From Reclinomonas americana ATCC 50394 (Eukaryota): 64,000 bases of DNA. This document shows, in pieces, positions 26,022 through 38,400 of this stretch. The stretch is from positions 22,472 through 86,471 of the forward strand of contig PS015245.1 of NCBI GenBank assembly GCA_048213135.1, written 5' to 3'. The notes beneath the pieces were generated by a model. It did no database searches and was not told the DNA's origin. It saw nothing but the letters and a program-made list of their open reading frames with translations. The position numbers and the translations under genes were made by a program. Each line of letters starts with the position of its first letter. Position 1 is the first letter of the stretch.

Positions 26022-27230
26022 AGCAAGAAATTCACAGTGGTGGTGATGGAGAAGGTGCTTGATGTGGAGAGCAAGACATTGCTGAGGATGGACTGTGGCA
26101 TACCTGCATCGGTGCGTGCTAAAGAGTGGGAATGAGGGGCAGCCGGACGGATGAGTGAGAGAGGGAGAAAGGTTTCACTGGTCTGGCAACACATGCATGT
26201 TGCTTGTGAGATATTGATGGAGGTTGTCGGGGAAGAAGAAGACAAAAGCAGAATCACGGTGCACCGAGAGGGACACTGCTTGATTGAGAAGTTGCCTTGT
26301 GTTGTGCGGGATGCACTCTGCATGAGAGTCTTGTCTTCATACTGCTGACTGCTGTTTTTGTTGTGGCAGGTGGAGGAGCTAGACGAGTGAAAAATGGTCG
26401 GAATTGGGGGCCATCATGGTATTGTTGGTGCAGCCGCCCCGGGGCATCCATTTGTATTCGTGGATGTTGCTCACTCTCAGCGACAACAAACACGAGAATG
26501 GCTGTCTTGTTGACCATACCCAGCCAGATTGGTAACCAACGACACGTGCTTCTTCTGTGTTCATGGTAGCGGCAGAGCAGCACATCGTTGGTGTATGATG
26601 GCCCACCACCGGCTGCGGGGTGGGAGGAACCCACCGTTAGATTGTTCAGGTGACTCGTGTTCATGTGGATCGATGTGGATCGAGCACAAGGAAGTGCTGC
26701 TTTGTTGGATCTGTGGATACTCCTGCACCTCTTATCGGCACCATCGCAGCGGGCGCGGTTGGAATGCAGACTCGATGACGATCAGGATTGTGGTTTTTCA
26801 GCTGCATCGCAATATGGTGACCTTCTCATTGTGTCTGTCTGAGGCTCTTCCTCGAGGTGATGCTGCCATGATGCAGCTGCCCACGTGCGCTGTTGTACCC
26901 TGTGTGGAGTTGTTGTTCAATATCATCTCAGCACCACCTTCCCCTGATCCATGTTCTCTCCAGAAGAGGTCCGAAAACAAAGAGACATGAATTGCTTGTC
27001 ATGGAGAACAATCGCAGTTGACGATGCACCCAAGATTGCCCTGTTCTCTGACACTCCTCTTCGTCCCCACCACACTCCTCCTCCGCTCTCCACATCACGA
27101 CTTGTCACCTTTTCATCTTGCTGTTCGGATCAACGAATCTTCATTGCCTCTTCTATTCTCTCTCTTATCTTCGTTTCTTGCATTACGCAGTGCGCGTGTG
27201 TGCGAGAAACAACAACCAAGACACACACAG

Positions 27231-27582
27231 ATGGCCTCTCAGCCTCCTCCTCCTCCTCCACGCCCTCACTCAACAACAACAGCAACAACTCCTTCGCTGT
27301 CAATGTCTGCCTCTGCTCCGTGCGACGATGAGCAAACAGACGTGATGCTCATCGACAGCAAGCAGCATGTGACGACGATGATGACGATGCATTCCTCCGC
27401 TCCCTCCATCAACATCAACGATGATGATGATGATGAGAAGAAGAAGAAGAGCGCATCGGGGTCGTCTGGTGTGCCTGCGATGGCGAGGCGACGAGTGCCT
27501 GCCTCCTCCTCTTNNNNNNNNNNNNNNNNNNNNNNNNNNNNNNNNNNNNNNNNNNNNNNNNNNNNNNNNNNNNNNNNNNNNN

Positions 27583-27678
<96 letters not shown>

Positions 27679-27889
27679 TCTTCTTCTCTCTCTCTCCTCC
27701 TCCCTCCTCCTCTCCTTCTTCTTCTTCTTGTTCTTCTTCTTCTCCTCATGGATTGCCGTTGTTTCATTCTCTGTTGCAGAACCAGCTGGCTTCTTGAAAT
27801 ACAAGGAGAAGAAGAAGCACACCGACGAGAGCACAGCCGCCATTGCCGCTGCCCGATGTGACGCGGAGAATCTCGCTGCGCAAGGTGCG

Positions 27890-27920
<31 letters not shown>

Positions 27921-30900
27921 CTGTCTTTGGTGTTCTCGCGTTACGTAATGTCTCACCTGGGCGGTGCATGCACACAGCTGCTCACCAGGAGCGCGTGGAA
28001 CACACGGCGATGGAAGGCATCGTCGAGGTACAGTGACTGTGTGTCATTCCGAGATGAGCGTGTCTCTCAGCAATCTCTCTCTCTCTCTCTCTTGGTATGA
28101 TTGCACAGCAACGTGCGAGGAGGCGGCGAGTCGACTCGTCTCTGGTGGATCACAGTGAAGACTTGCCTGCACGTGACTCAGTTGAGACATCAGCCCGCAA
28201 GCGTTCTCTGGAGGTGAGCTCCAATAAGACACGCGTCTCAACTTGCCTCTCGCTTGTGCATCGCAGTTGACACCTGATGTTGCCTCCATTCTCTGCAGGT
28301 GGATGCATCCGATGATGACGAGCTGGCACCGCCAAAGAAGAAGAAGAAGGTTTGGGTTCTCTGACATTGACATTTTTGTGCTTATTCATCGATCTGCACA
28401 TGGGCTCTTGTGTCAATGCTGCATGTTGTGGGTTCACAGCGTGGCAAGGGTCAAACTGCGAAGAAGCCAGAAGAGTTGAGCGCAGACGAGAAGCTGCTGC
28501 TGAGCAAGCTGCTCGTTGCGTGTGCTTGCCCTCTCTTCATCTAGTCAACCTAGCGCACTCCTCCTTCTCCTCATCTCTTAATGTGTCACTCGCAGCGATG
28601 CAATCGGAAGAGGATTCTGCTGAAGGCATTTGGCCTGATGGCATCGATTGTTCATGAATCCACAGTCATCCACCATCAGAGTGTCCTCTTTGAGCTGGCC
28701 TGTGACGACTGTGGGATGTCGTTGTCGGAGCCGGTTCAAATGTCGTCTGCTGTCAATTGTGCGTTTGGCAAGAGTCTTGGGTTGAGCGTCATGGGTTCAC
28801 GCGCCAAAACGCCAAAATCAGTGGAAGGTGTGCTCCAGCGAGTGAGCAACTACATAGAGGTGAGCAAGCGTGTGCCTGTGAACGACCGTGCCATGTTGAA
28901 CCATCGTGCACATGATTGCAATCTACAGATGAGCCTACTCAGTGGCGCGGCGCTGGTGGATGCTGTGGAGAGACCACTTATAAAAGTGGATGAGCGCGGT
29001 TATTCGGAGGTGAGTTTGTGAAGCATGATTTTCTGCGTGTGTTGCGATCATATCGACTAATCTTCGTTCACTCGGCTTGCTTGTGACAGGAATCGTGGGA
29101 GAGACTTGCACCAAACAGCAAAGCTAAGAAAGACAATCTTCAGCCGTTTGTCAAGCAGGCCATGGATGCGTTGCGCGAGTGCAATGGTCTCATGACTGCT
29201 CTGCTTCGAGACAGTCGCCTCTCTGAGGCCAGGATATCACGCGCCGTCGCTTGGTGCCATGCGAAAGGTCTGCGATCTCAAGTGGCAGTTAGTGTTGCTT
29301 GCATTGGTATTGACCAGCACCACACAGAATCTGGCGATGTGAAGATGGCGGTGAAGGAGGAGAAGGGGGTGGAAGAAGAGAAGGATGCCGTCAAGCTTGA
29401 AGACTATGGCATCAAGGTACGCGGCAAGAGTACATGAGTAACGTAGGCTTTGTGGGACTGTGCGAGTCTTCATCGACTCGGTCAAGCGTTGATGCCTTGT
29501 GTGTCCGCAGGTGGAGGCCGGCAGTGACGATGGAGAAGAATCGAAGCCGAGAAAGGTAGATGATACAATGTCTGTGTATGGTTGGTGAGGCACGTGTTGA
29601 TTGTGCCGTGGTGTGCGTATTTGCAGCGCGTCAAGTGCGGTCGCCATGTGTTCGATGCGGAGATGAGCAAGGACGAGCGAATGGTGTTGGACAGACTGCT
29701 TGTTGCGTGTGCGTGTCCCACGATATCTCAGCAAGACAGATTGATTGCAATCTGCCATGTGCTCGCTTGCTGTCACACCTTATGTATGCGTGTGTATGTG
29801 GACAGCGATGCAACAAGAGGAAGATACTGGTGATGGCATACGGCATCATGGCACCTGTTGTGAAGCCGTTCGCGGTCTCACACCATCTGCGCGTTCTCGT
29901 TGAACTCGCATGCAAGGAGTGTGAGATCCCTTTTTCTGGAGCTGGCTCTCCGTCTACCTCAGTCATGGACTCATTCGGCAAGGCTCTTGGCAACGTCGTC
30001 CAACATGCACGCATCAAGACGACCAAGTCCGCTGAAGGAGTGCTCCAGAGCATGAGCGAGTTCATCGAGGTGAGTATCTGTCTGTTCTGTCCATATCCCA
30101 CATAACTGGAAAGTGATCCAACATCGCTGCATAATGCAACGGTGTAGAAGAGCGAACTGCGCGGCTCCGCTCTGGCGGATGCCATCGAGAGACCACTGAT
30201 TGTGGTGGATGAACGTGGTTATTCTGAGGTGCGCCAACTTTTCACTGTGCGCTTTTTGTACTTCTGCTTTGAGTTGTTGACTTACATGCTTCTTCCACGA
30301 TGTCGGTCGTGCTGTAGGAGTCATGGAAGACGGTGGCGAGAAAAGGGAGGAGCATGGACCGTCTCCTGCCGCTCGTCTCCCAAGCCGCGCAGGCCCTTCG
30401 CGAGTGTCCTGGCTTGCAAATGTCGTTGATTCGAGACGGCTGTCTCTCCGAGGCAGAGATCGCACGGGCCGTCGAGTGGTGCGCCGAAAGAGGTTTGGTG
30501 GCTTAGGGTACGTCCTACCGTGCTTGGGGTCAGAACTGACAAGTGAGATACAGCTCTGCTGGAGGCGAAGGTGCTGAAAAAAGAAGAGATGAAAGAGGAG
30601 GAGGAAGAACAGGAGGATGATTCGAGTGACGAGAGGGAAGAAGATGAGGACGAAGACATGGACGAAGGTAGCGAGAGCAAGGTACGACGTGGCGGTTGTG
30701 CGCACTGTGACAGCATCTCATGATGTGTGTCCGCAGCGACGAGGGAGTGTTTCTGCGTCAATGAGCAAGAACGAGCAACTGTTGCTGGCAAGGCTTCTTG
30801 TTGCGTGTGTTTCCATTTGTGTCCTTCTCTGGCAGTCATCTGGCTGATTGAGTGTTTATCGCATCGCCCATGTGATGCAGTGCTGCAACAAGAGGAAGAT

Positions 30901-33860
30901 ATTGGTGAAGGCCTTCGGCATCATGGCACCGACCGTGATGAGATCCACAGTCCGCCATCATCAGCGTGTTCTTGTTGACTTGGCATGCAAGGAGTGTGGC
31001 GTCCCTCCATCGAAAGCAGGCTGCCTTTCGTCGGCAGTTGTGAGCTCATTTGGCAAGATATTTGTCAGTGTCGTCCATCATGCACGCACCGAGACGCCCA
31101 AGTCTGTTGAGGGAGTACTTCAGATGTTGAGCGACTTTGTCGAGGTGAGCAGCGTCCATATCACTAATCGAGCCACCGCTTAAGTATGTATCGCAATGCA
31201 GAAGAGTGAACTGCGTGGCGCTGCCCTGACGGACGCCATTGAGAGACCTCTGGTTGTGGTGGATGAACGTGGCCATTCTGAGGTGTGGCTGCCCTGTTGT
31301 GTGTACGTTGTATATGTCGTGGATGGTGTTTTCTCACATTCTGTGCTCTGGAATTCGGTTGTCAGGAGTCATCACAACTGCCAGGGATGCCGCACAGCAG
31401 GCTGAGTCCCTTTCTGCCATATGTCACGCAGGCTGTGGATGCCTTCCATAACTGCCCAAGCCTGCTGTCCACACTTCTTCGAGACGGCTGTCTGTCCGAG
31501 GCGGAGATTGCGCGTTCCGTCGAGTGGTGCAGTGCACGAGGTTCGGCTGTGTGACCTGCATGGCTGCACTTTGTGCGCATATGCTCAACAACGACTGAAC
31601 AGCTCTGAGGGAGATGGGGATGGCAAAGAAAGGGGAGAAGCGGGAGGAAGAGCTGGAGGATGAGGACGATGGCAAGGTACGTCGCTCGTTTCCGTTAGAT
31701 GCGAGACAGGTGCGTGTCCTAACTCTGTCGTGATTGCCCTCCACAGCGCCGCAAGAGTGGATCTGCGAAGTTGAGCGTCAACGAGCAACTAATGCTGGCG
31801 AAACTGCTTGTTGCGTGTTTCTGTTAAACTCTCTGCATGTCGCCGACAATGCTGTCACTCCCATCTGCTCACCTTCGCCTTGGAGTAGGGCTGCAACAAG
31901 AAGAGGATGCTGGTGAAAGCATTCGGCCTCATGGCACCCGTGGTGCTGAAATCCACAGTCCTCCATCATCAGCGTGCTCTCTTCCAACTTGCCTGTGACG
32001 AATGCGGAATACCGACGAAGGGACCAGGCAGCCCGTCATCCGCAGTCACGTCTGCTTTTGGCAAGAGTCTTGCCAGGAGTGCCAAAACGGCACGCTGCGC
32101 GACGCCCAAGTCGGTGGAGGGTGTGCTGAAGAGTGTGAGCAACTTTGTGGAGGTGAGTGTGTCGGTGTGCTGCTTCAGTATCCTTCCGATTGTTATGTGT
32201 GTGGTCCCTGACTCGACTTCGACGTGGATGTCACCATCAGAAGAGTGGTCTTCGGGGAGCGGAGCTTGTGAATGCTGTCGAGAGACCACTGATTGTGATT
32301 GACGAGCGTGGCTACTCTGAGGTGCGTGTGAAATTGTGTGTGCTGATGTGCGTCATTGAAAGCTGGCTCACATTGGATGGTAGGAGTTTGCAAAGTCGCA
32401 GAAGCGAGGCGCTTCACATGTTTGTCTGCCATTCACCACACAAGCCAGGCAGGCTCTGCACAACTGTCCGAGCCTGTTGGCCACTCTGCTTCGAGACGGC
32501 TGCCTTTCGCAGGCGGAGATTGCACGTGCCGTCGAGTGGTGCAGTGAAAGAGGTTTGGCTGCCTGACTCTCATTGCTGCACAGTGCATGCATGTGCTGAC
32601 AAGCAAGTGACCAGTCGTCAGGGAGATGGAGATGGTGAAGAAAGAGGAGGAGAGGGAGGGTGAGCAGGTAGATGGTGACGGCAGCGACATGTACAATGGG
32701 GACGATGACGCGAAGGGAAAGAAGGTACGCCCGACGCTGCATTCTTCGTGATGCGAGGGGTACATCTTAATACTGCGTGGCTTGTGTTTCACAGCGCAGA
32801 AAGATTGATTCTGCGAATTCAAGCATCAGCGAGCAATTGATGCTGGCGAGATTGCTTGTTGCGTGTTCTTTGTATCGCCGGCATTGCTGTCATAAACTCC
32901 TCACTTTCATCCACCCGTCTATCTCTCGAGAGCAGAGGTGCAACAAGAAGAGGATACTGGTGAAGGCTTTCGGCTTCATGGCATCTGTGGTGATGAGATC
33001 CACAGTCTTGCATCATCAGCGCCTTCTCTTCCAACTTGCCTGTGACGAATGCGGCATGCCGTCGGAGGGACCGGGCTGCCCTTCAGCCGCAGTCATGTCT
33101 GCATTTGGCAAGAGTCTTGCCAAGAGTGCCACAGGGACACGCAGCAAGACGCTGAAGTCAGTGGAGGGTGTGCTCGAGAGCGTGAGCAACTTTGTGGAGG
33201 TGAGTGTCGGTGTGGTGTTTCAAAATAGGCGTGGTACCTGACTCGACTTCGACGTGCATGTCACCATCAGAAGAGTGGTCTTCAGCGAGCTGAATTGGTG
33301 GATGCTGTCGACAGACCGCTGATTGTGATCGATGAATGTGGGCACTCAGAGGCACGTGGACAACGGTTTTGTACGCTGGTGCTCCGATGATGTTGACTCT
33401 CTTTGTTGTCTCGCGGGTGACAGGAATCAGACAAGTTGCGGAAGAACAACCATCCAAGTGTTCTTCTGCCATTCGTCACGCAGGCCATGCTTGTGCTCCG
33501 CACCTGCCCTGGCTTGCTGGCCACGCTGCTTCGAAATGGTTGCCTTTCGAAGGCGGAGATTGAGCGTGCTGGCCATGGTGAATGAGCCCCTGCTGTTATT
33601 GCATGATAGCTTGTCAGCATCAGCACTGACAAGTGATGCAGTGCTGGCCATGGGTGACGAGAAGCCGGTGAAGTTGGAGGTGGTGAAGAAAGGGGAGGAG
33701 GAGGAGGAGGAGGAGGAGGAGGAGGAGGAGGAGGAGGAGGAGGAGGAGGAGGAGGAGGAGGAGGAGGAGGAGGAGGAGGAGGAGGAGGAGGAGGAGGAGG
33801 AGGAGGAGGAGGAGGAGGAGGAGGAGGAGAGNNNNNNNNNNNNNNNNNNNNNNNNNNNNN
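27231..33860 (+). CDS. Uncharacterised 5-module repeat protein, paralog 2
   Basis: Same exon structure. Core exons at 28596, 29806, 30881, 31889 and 32936; NLS-like APPKKKKK (28299-28349). A C-terminal poly-Glu runs into a gap that probably contains the stop. Confidence 0.8.
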
Positions 33861-35024
33861 CAGAGTGCGGGGATGGAGAAGGTGCTTGATGTGGAGAGCA
33901 AGACACTGCTGTTGATGGACTGTGGCATGCCTGCATTGGTGAGTTGCGAGGGGGTGGGAGTGAGTGACTGTGGGAGGGATGAGTGAGAGAGAGAGAAAGG
34001 TTTCACTTGGCAGGCAACACATGCATGTTGTTTGTGAGATATTGATGGAGCTTGTCGTGGAAGAAGAAGACAAAAGCAGAATCACAGTGCACCAAGAGGG
34101 ACACCGCTTGATTGAGAAGTTGCCTTGTGTTGTGCGGGATGCACTCTGCATGAGAGTCTTGTCTTCATACTGCTGACTGCTGTTTTTGTTGTGGCAGGTG
34201 GAGGAGCAAGACGAATGAAAAATGGTTGGAAATCGGGGCCATCATGGTATTGTGGGTGCAGCCGCCCCCGGGCATCCATTGGCATTCGTGTGCGTTGCTC
34301 ACTCTCAGCAACAACAAACACGAGAATGGCTGTCTTGTTGACCAAGTCCAGCCAGATTGGTAACCAACGACACGTGCTTCTTCTGTGTTCATGGCAGCGG
34401 CAGAGCAGCACATCGTTGGTGCATGATGGCCCACCAGCAGCTGCGGGGACGGGAGTGTTAGATTGTGCAGGTGACTCGTGTTCTTGGTGATTCGATGTGG
34501 ATGAGCAGAAGGAAGTGCTGCTTTGTGGATACTCCTGCACCTGCACTTGACACCATCTCAACGGGTGCGCTTGGAATGCAGTTTCGATGACGAGCAGGAT
34601 TGTGGTGCTCAGCTGCATCGCCGAGATCGAGACCTTCTCAATGTGTCTGTCTGCGGCTCTTCCTCGGTGTCCATCGAGGTGATGCTGCCCTGATGCAGCT
34701 GCTCACGGGCGCTGTTGTACCCTGTGTGGAGTTGTCGTCCATCATCATCTCAGCACCAGCTTCCCCTGATCCATGTTCTCTCCATGAGAGGTCCGAAACA
34801 AAGAGACATGCATGTGTTGCTCGTGGAGAACAATCGCAGTTGACGATGCACCCAAGATTGCCCAGTTCCTCCTTCCCCTTTTCCCCTAACACTCATCCTC
34901 TTTCGCCCCTCACATCACGACTTGTCACCTTATCATCTTGCTGTTCGGATCAACGAATCTTCATTGCTCTCACTCTTCGTTTCTTGCATCACGCAGTGCG
35001 AAACAACAACAGAGACACACACAA

Positions 35025-35369
35025 ATGGCCTCTCAACCTCCTCCTCTTCCTCCTCCTCCACGCCCTCACTCAACAACAACAACAACTCCTTCTCTGCCAA
35101 TGTCTGCCTCTTCTCCGTGCGACGACGAGAAAGCAGACATGATGCTCATCGACAGCAAGCAGCATGTGACGACGATGATGACGATGATGCATTCCTCCTC
35201 TTCCTCCATCAACAGCAACGATGATGATGAGATGAAGAAGAAGAGCGCATTGGGGTCGTCTGCTCATCGTGGTGTGCCTGCGATGGCGAGGCGACGAGTG
35301 CCTGCCTCCTCTTCTTCTTCTTCCTCTTCTTCCACCGNNNNNNNNNNNNNNNNNNNNGGTGGCGTCGTC

Positions 35370-35409
<40 letters not shown>

Positions 35410-38400
35410 TTTCCCTCTTGCTGTCTTTGATGTCCTCGCGTCACGTAATGTCTCACCTGAGCGGTGCATACACACAGCTGCTCACCAGGAGCACATGGAA
35501 CACACAGCGATGGAAGGCATCGTCGAGGTACCCTGATTGTGTGCCATCCCAAGATAAGCATGCCTCTCACTGGCCTTCTCTTTCTGGAAAGATCGCACAG
35601 CAACGTGCGAGGGGACAGCGAGTCGACTCGTCTCCGATGGATCACAGTGAGGACTTGCGTGCACGTGACTCAGATAAGACATCGTCCCGCAAGCGCATTC
35701 TGGAGGTGAGCTCCGACGAGACACGCGTCTCAACTTGCCTCTCGTTCGTGCATCGCAGTTGACACCTGATGTTTTCTCTTCGTTCTCCACAGGTGGATGC
35801 ATCCAGCGAGGACGAGCTTGCGCCCCCACAGAAGAAGAAGAAGGTGTGGATATTTTGTCGCTGACATCGTTGTGCTTTTCATCAATCTGCATGTGGGCTC
35901 TTGTGTCAATCATGCATGCTGTGGATTCACAGCGCGGCAAGACTCGAGCTGCGAAAGAGCCAGTGGAGTTGAGCGCAGAAGAGAAGCTGCTGCTGAACAA
36001 GCTGCTTGTTGCGTGTTTATTCTCTCTGTCGTCGTTGCAACCTGGCTCACTCCTCCTTCTCCTCATCTCTCTATGTGTCTCTCGCAGCGGTGCAATCGGA
36101 AGAGGATCCTGGTGAAGGCATTCGGGTTAATGGCACCCTTTGTTCAGAAATCCACAGTCATTCACCATCAGAATGCTATCTTTGAGCTGGCCTGTGACGA
36201 ATGCGGAATTCCGTTGTCGGAGCGGAGTCGCACGTCGTCTGCTGTCAAGTGTGCATTTGGCAAGAAGCTTGGTTATACTGCCAATGCTTCACGCCACTCA
36301 ATGCCCAAGTCAGTTGAGGGCGTGCTCCGGCGAGTGAGTAACTACATCGAGGTGAGGAAGCATGTGTGCCTGTGAATGACCGTGGCGTGTGAACCGACAT
36401 GCAAATGATTGCAATCCTGCAGATGAGCCAACTCAGTGTCGCGGCTCTGGTGGATGCTGTGGGGAGTCCACTCATTGTGGTGGATGAGCGTGGGTATTCG
36501 AAAGTGTGTTTGTGATGCATGATTTTCTGCTTGTGTTGTGATCATGTCGACTAGTCTCCGTTCACTCGGCTTGCTTGTGACAGGAATCGTGGGAGAAACT
36601 GGCACCACTGCACAAGACCAAGAAAGACAAGCTTCAGTCGTTTGTCAAGCAGGCCATGGATGCGTTGCGCGAGTGCAATGGTCTCATGACTGCTCTGCTT
36701 CGAGACAGTCGCCTCTCTGAGGCCGTGATATCACGCGCCGTCGCATGGTGCCATGCGAAAGGTCTGCGACCTCAAGTGGCAGTTAGTGTTGCACTGGTGT
36801 TGATCAGCACCACGCAGAATCTGGCGATGTGAAGATGATGGTGAAGGAGGAGAAGGAGGTGGAAGAAGAAAATGATGCCGTCAAGCTTGAACACGATGAC
36901 ACCAAGGTACGCAGCAATAGTGCATGAGTAAGGGAGGCTTTGTGGGACTGTGCGTGTCTTCATCGACTCGGTCAAGCGTTGATGCCTTGTGTGTCCGCAG
37001 GTGGAGACCGGCAGTGACAGTGACGAAGAATCGAAGCCGAGGAAGGTAAGACGATGCTAATGTCTGTGTGGTTGGTGCGGCAGATATGTTGATTGTGTTG
37101 TTGCATGGGTGTGCGCATTTGCAGCGGGTCAAGAGTGGTCGCCATGCGTTCGATGCGGAGATGAGCAAGGACGAACGAATGGTGTTGGACAGACTGCTTG
37201 TTGCGTGTCATGTGCATGTCCACAGCACCTTACCAAGGCTGAGTGATTGATTCTTCCGTGTGCTTGCCTTTCATAACACCTGCTTCGTGCGTGTGTGTAT
37301 GATCAGCGGTGCAACAAGAAAAAGATACTGGTGATGGCATTCGGCATCATGGCGCCTGTTGTGATGCGATCTGCAGTCTGGCATCATCAGCGAGTTCTTT
37401 TTGAACTCGCCTGCAAGGAGTGTGGCATTCCTTCATCAGGAGCTGGTAGCCCGTCGCCTGCAGCCATGTACGCATTCAGCAAGAGCCTTGGTTTATTCGT
37501 CCAACATTCACGCACCGAAACGCCCAAGTCTGTTGAGGGAGTACTTCAGAGCATGAGCAAGTTCATCGAGGTGAGTATCTGTCTGTTCTGTCCATCTCAC
37601 ACATACCTGGAAGTAAGCCAACAACGATGCGTGTGCAACTGCACAGAAGAGTGCACTGCGCGGTGCTGCTCTGGCAGATGCCATTAAGAGACCACTGATT
37701 GTGGTGGATGAACGTGGCCATTCTGAGGTGCGCCAACTTTTCCCTGTGTGCTTCGTGTATTTTTGCTTTTTGAGTTGTTGACTTACGTGCTTCTTCCACG
37801 ATGTCGGTCGTGCTGTAGGAGTCGTGGAAGATGATGGAGAGGAAACGGAAGAGCAACGACCGTCTCCTGCCGCTCGTCTCCCAAGCCGCGCAGGCGCTAC
37901 GGGAGTGTCCTGGCTTGCAAACGTCGTTGATTCGAGACGGCTGTCTCTCGGAGGCGGAGATCGCACTGGCCGTCGAGTGGTGCGCCGAAAGAGGTTTGGT
38001 GGCATCGGATGCGTTCTACTGTGCATTCTCAGGACTGACAAGTGAGATGCAGCTCTGCTGGAGGCGAAGGTGATGAAAAAAGAAGAGATGAAGGAGGAGG
38101 AGGAAGAACAGGAGGATGATTCGAGTGACGAGAGGGAAGAAGATGAGGACGAGGACATGGGCGATGGTGAAAGGAGCAAGGTACGACCATGTTTGGTGGG
38201 GCGGCTGTGCACACTGTGACAGCATCTCATGATGTGTGTCCACAGCGACGAGAGAGTGGTTCTGCAATGATGAGCAAGGACGAACAGCTATTGCTAGCAA
38301 GGCTTCTTGTTGCGTGTGTTTGCATTTATGTCCTTCTGTGGCAGTCGTCTAGCTGATTGTGTTTTCATCGCACCACCCATGTGATTCATGGGAGAGCAGT

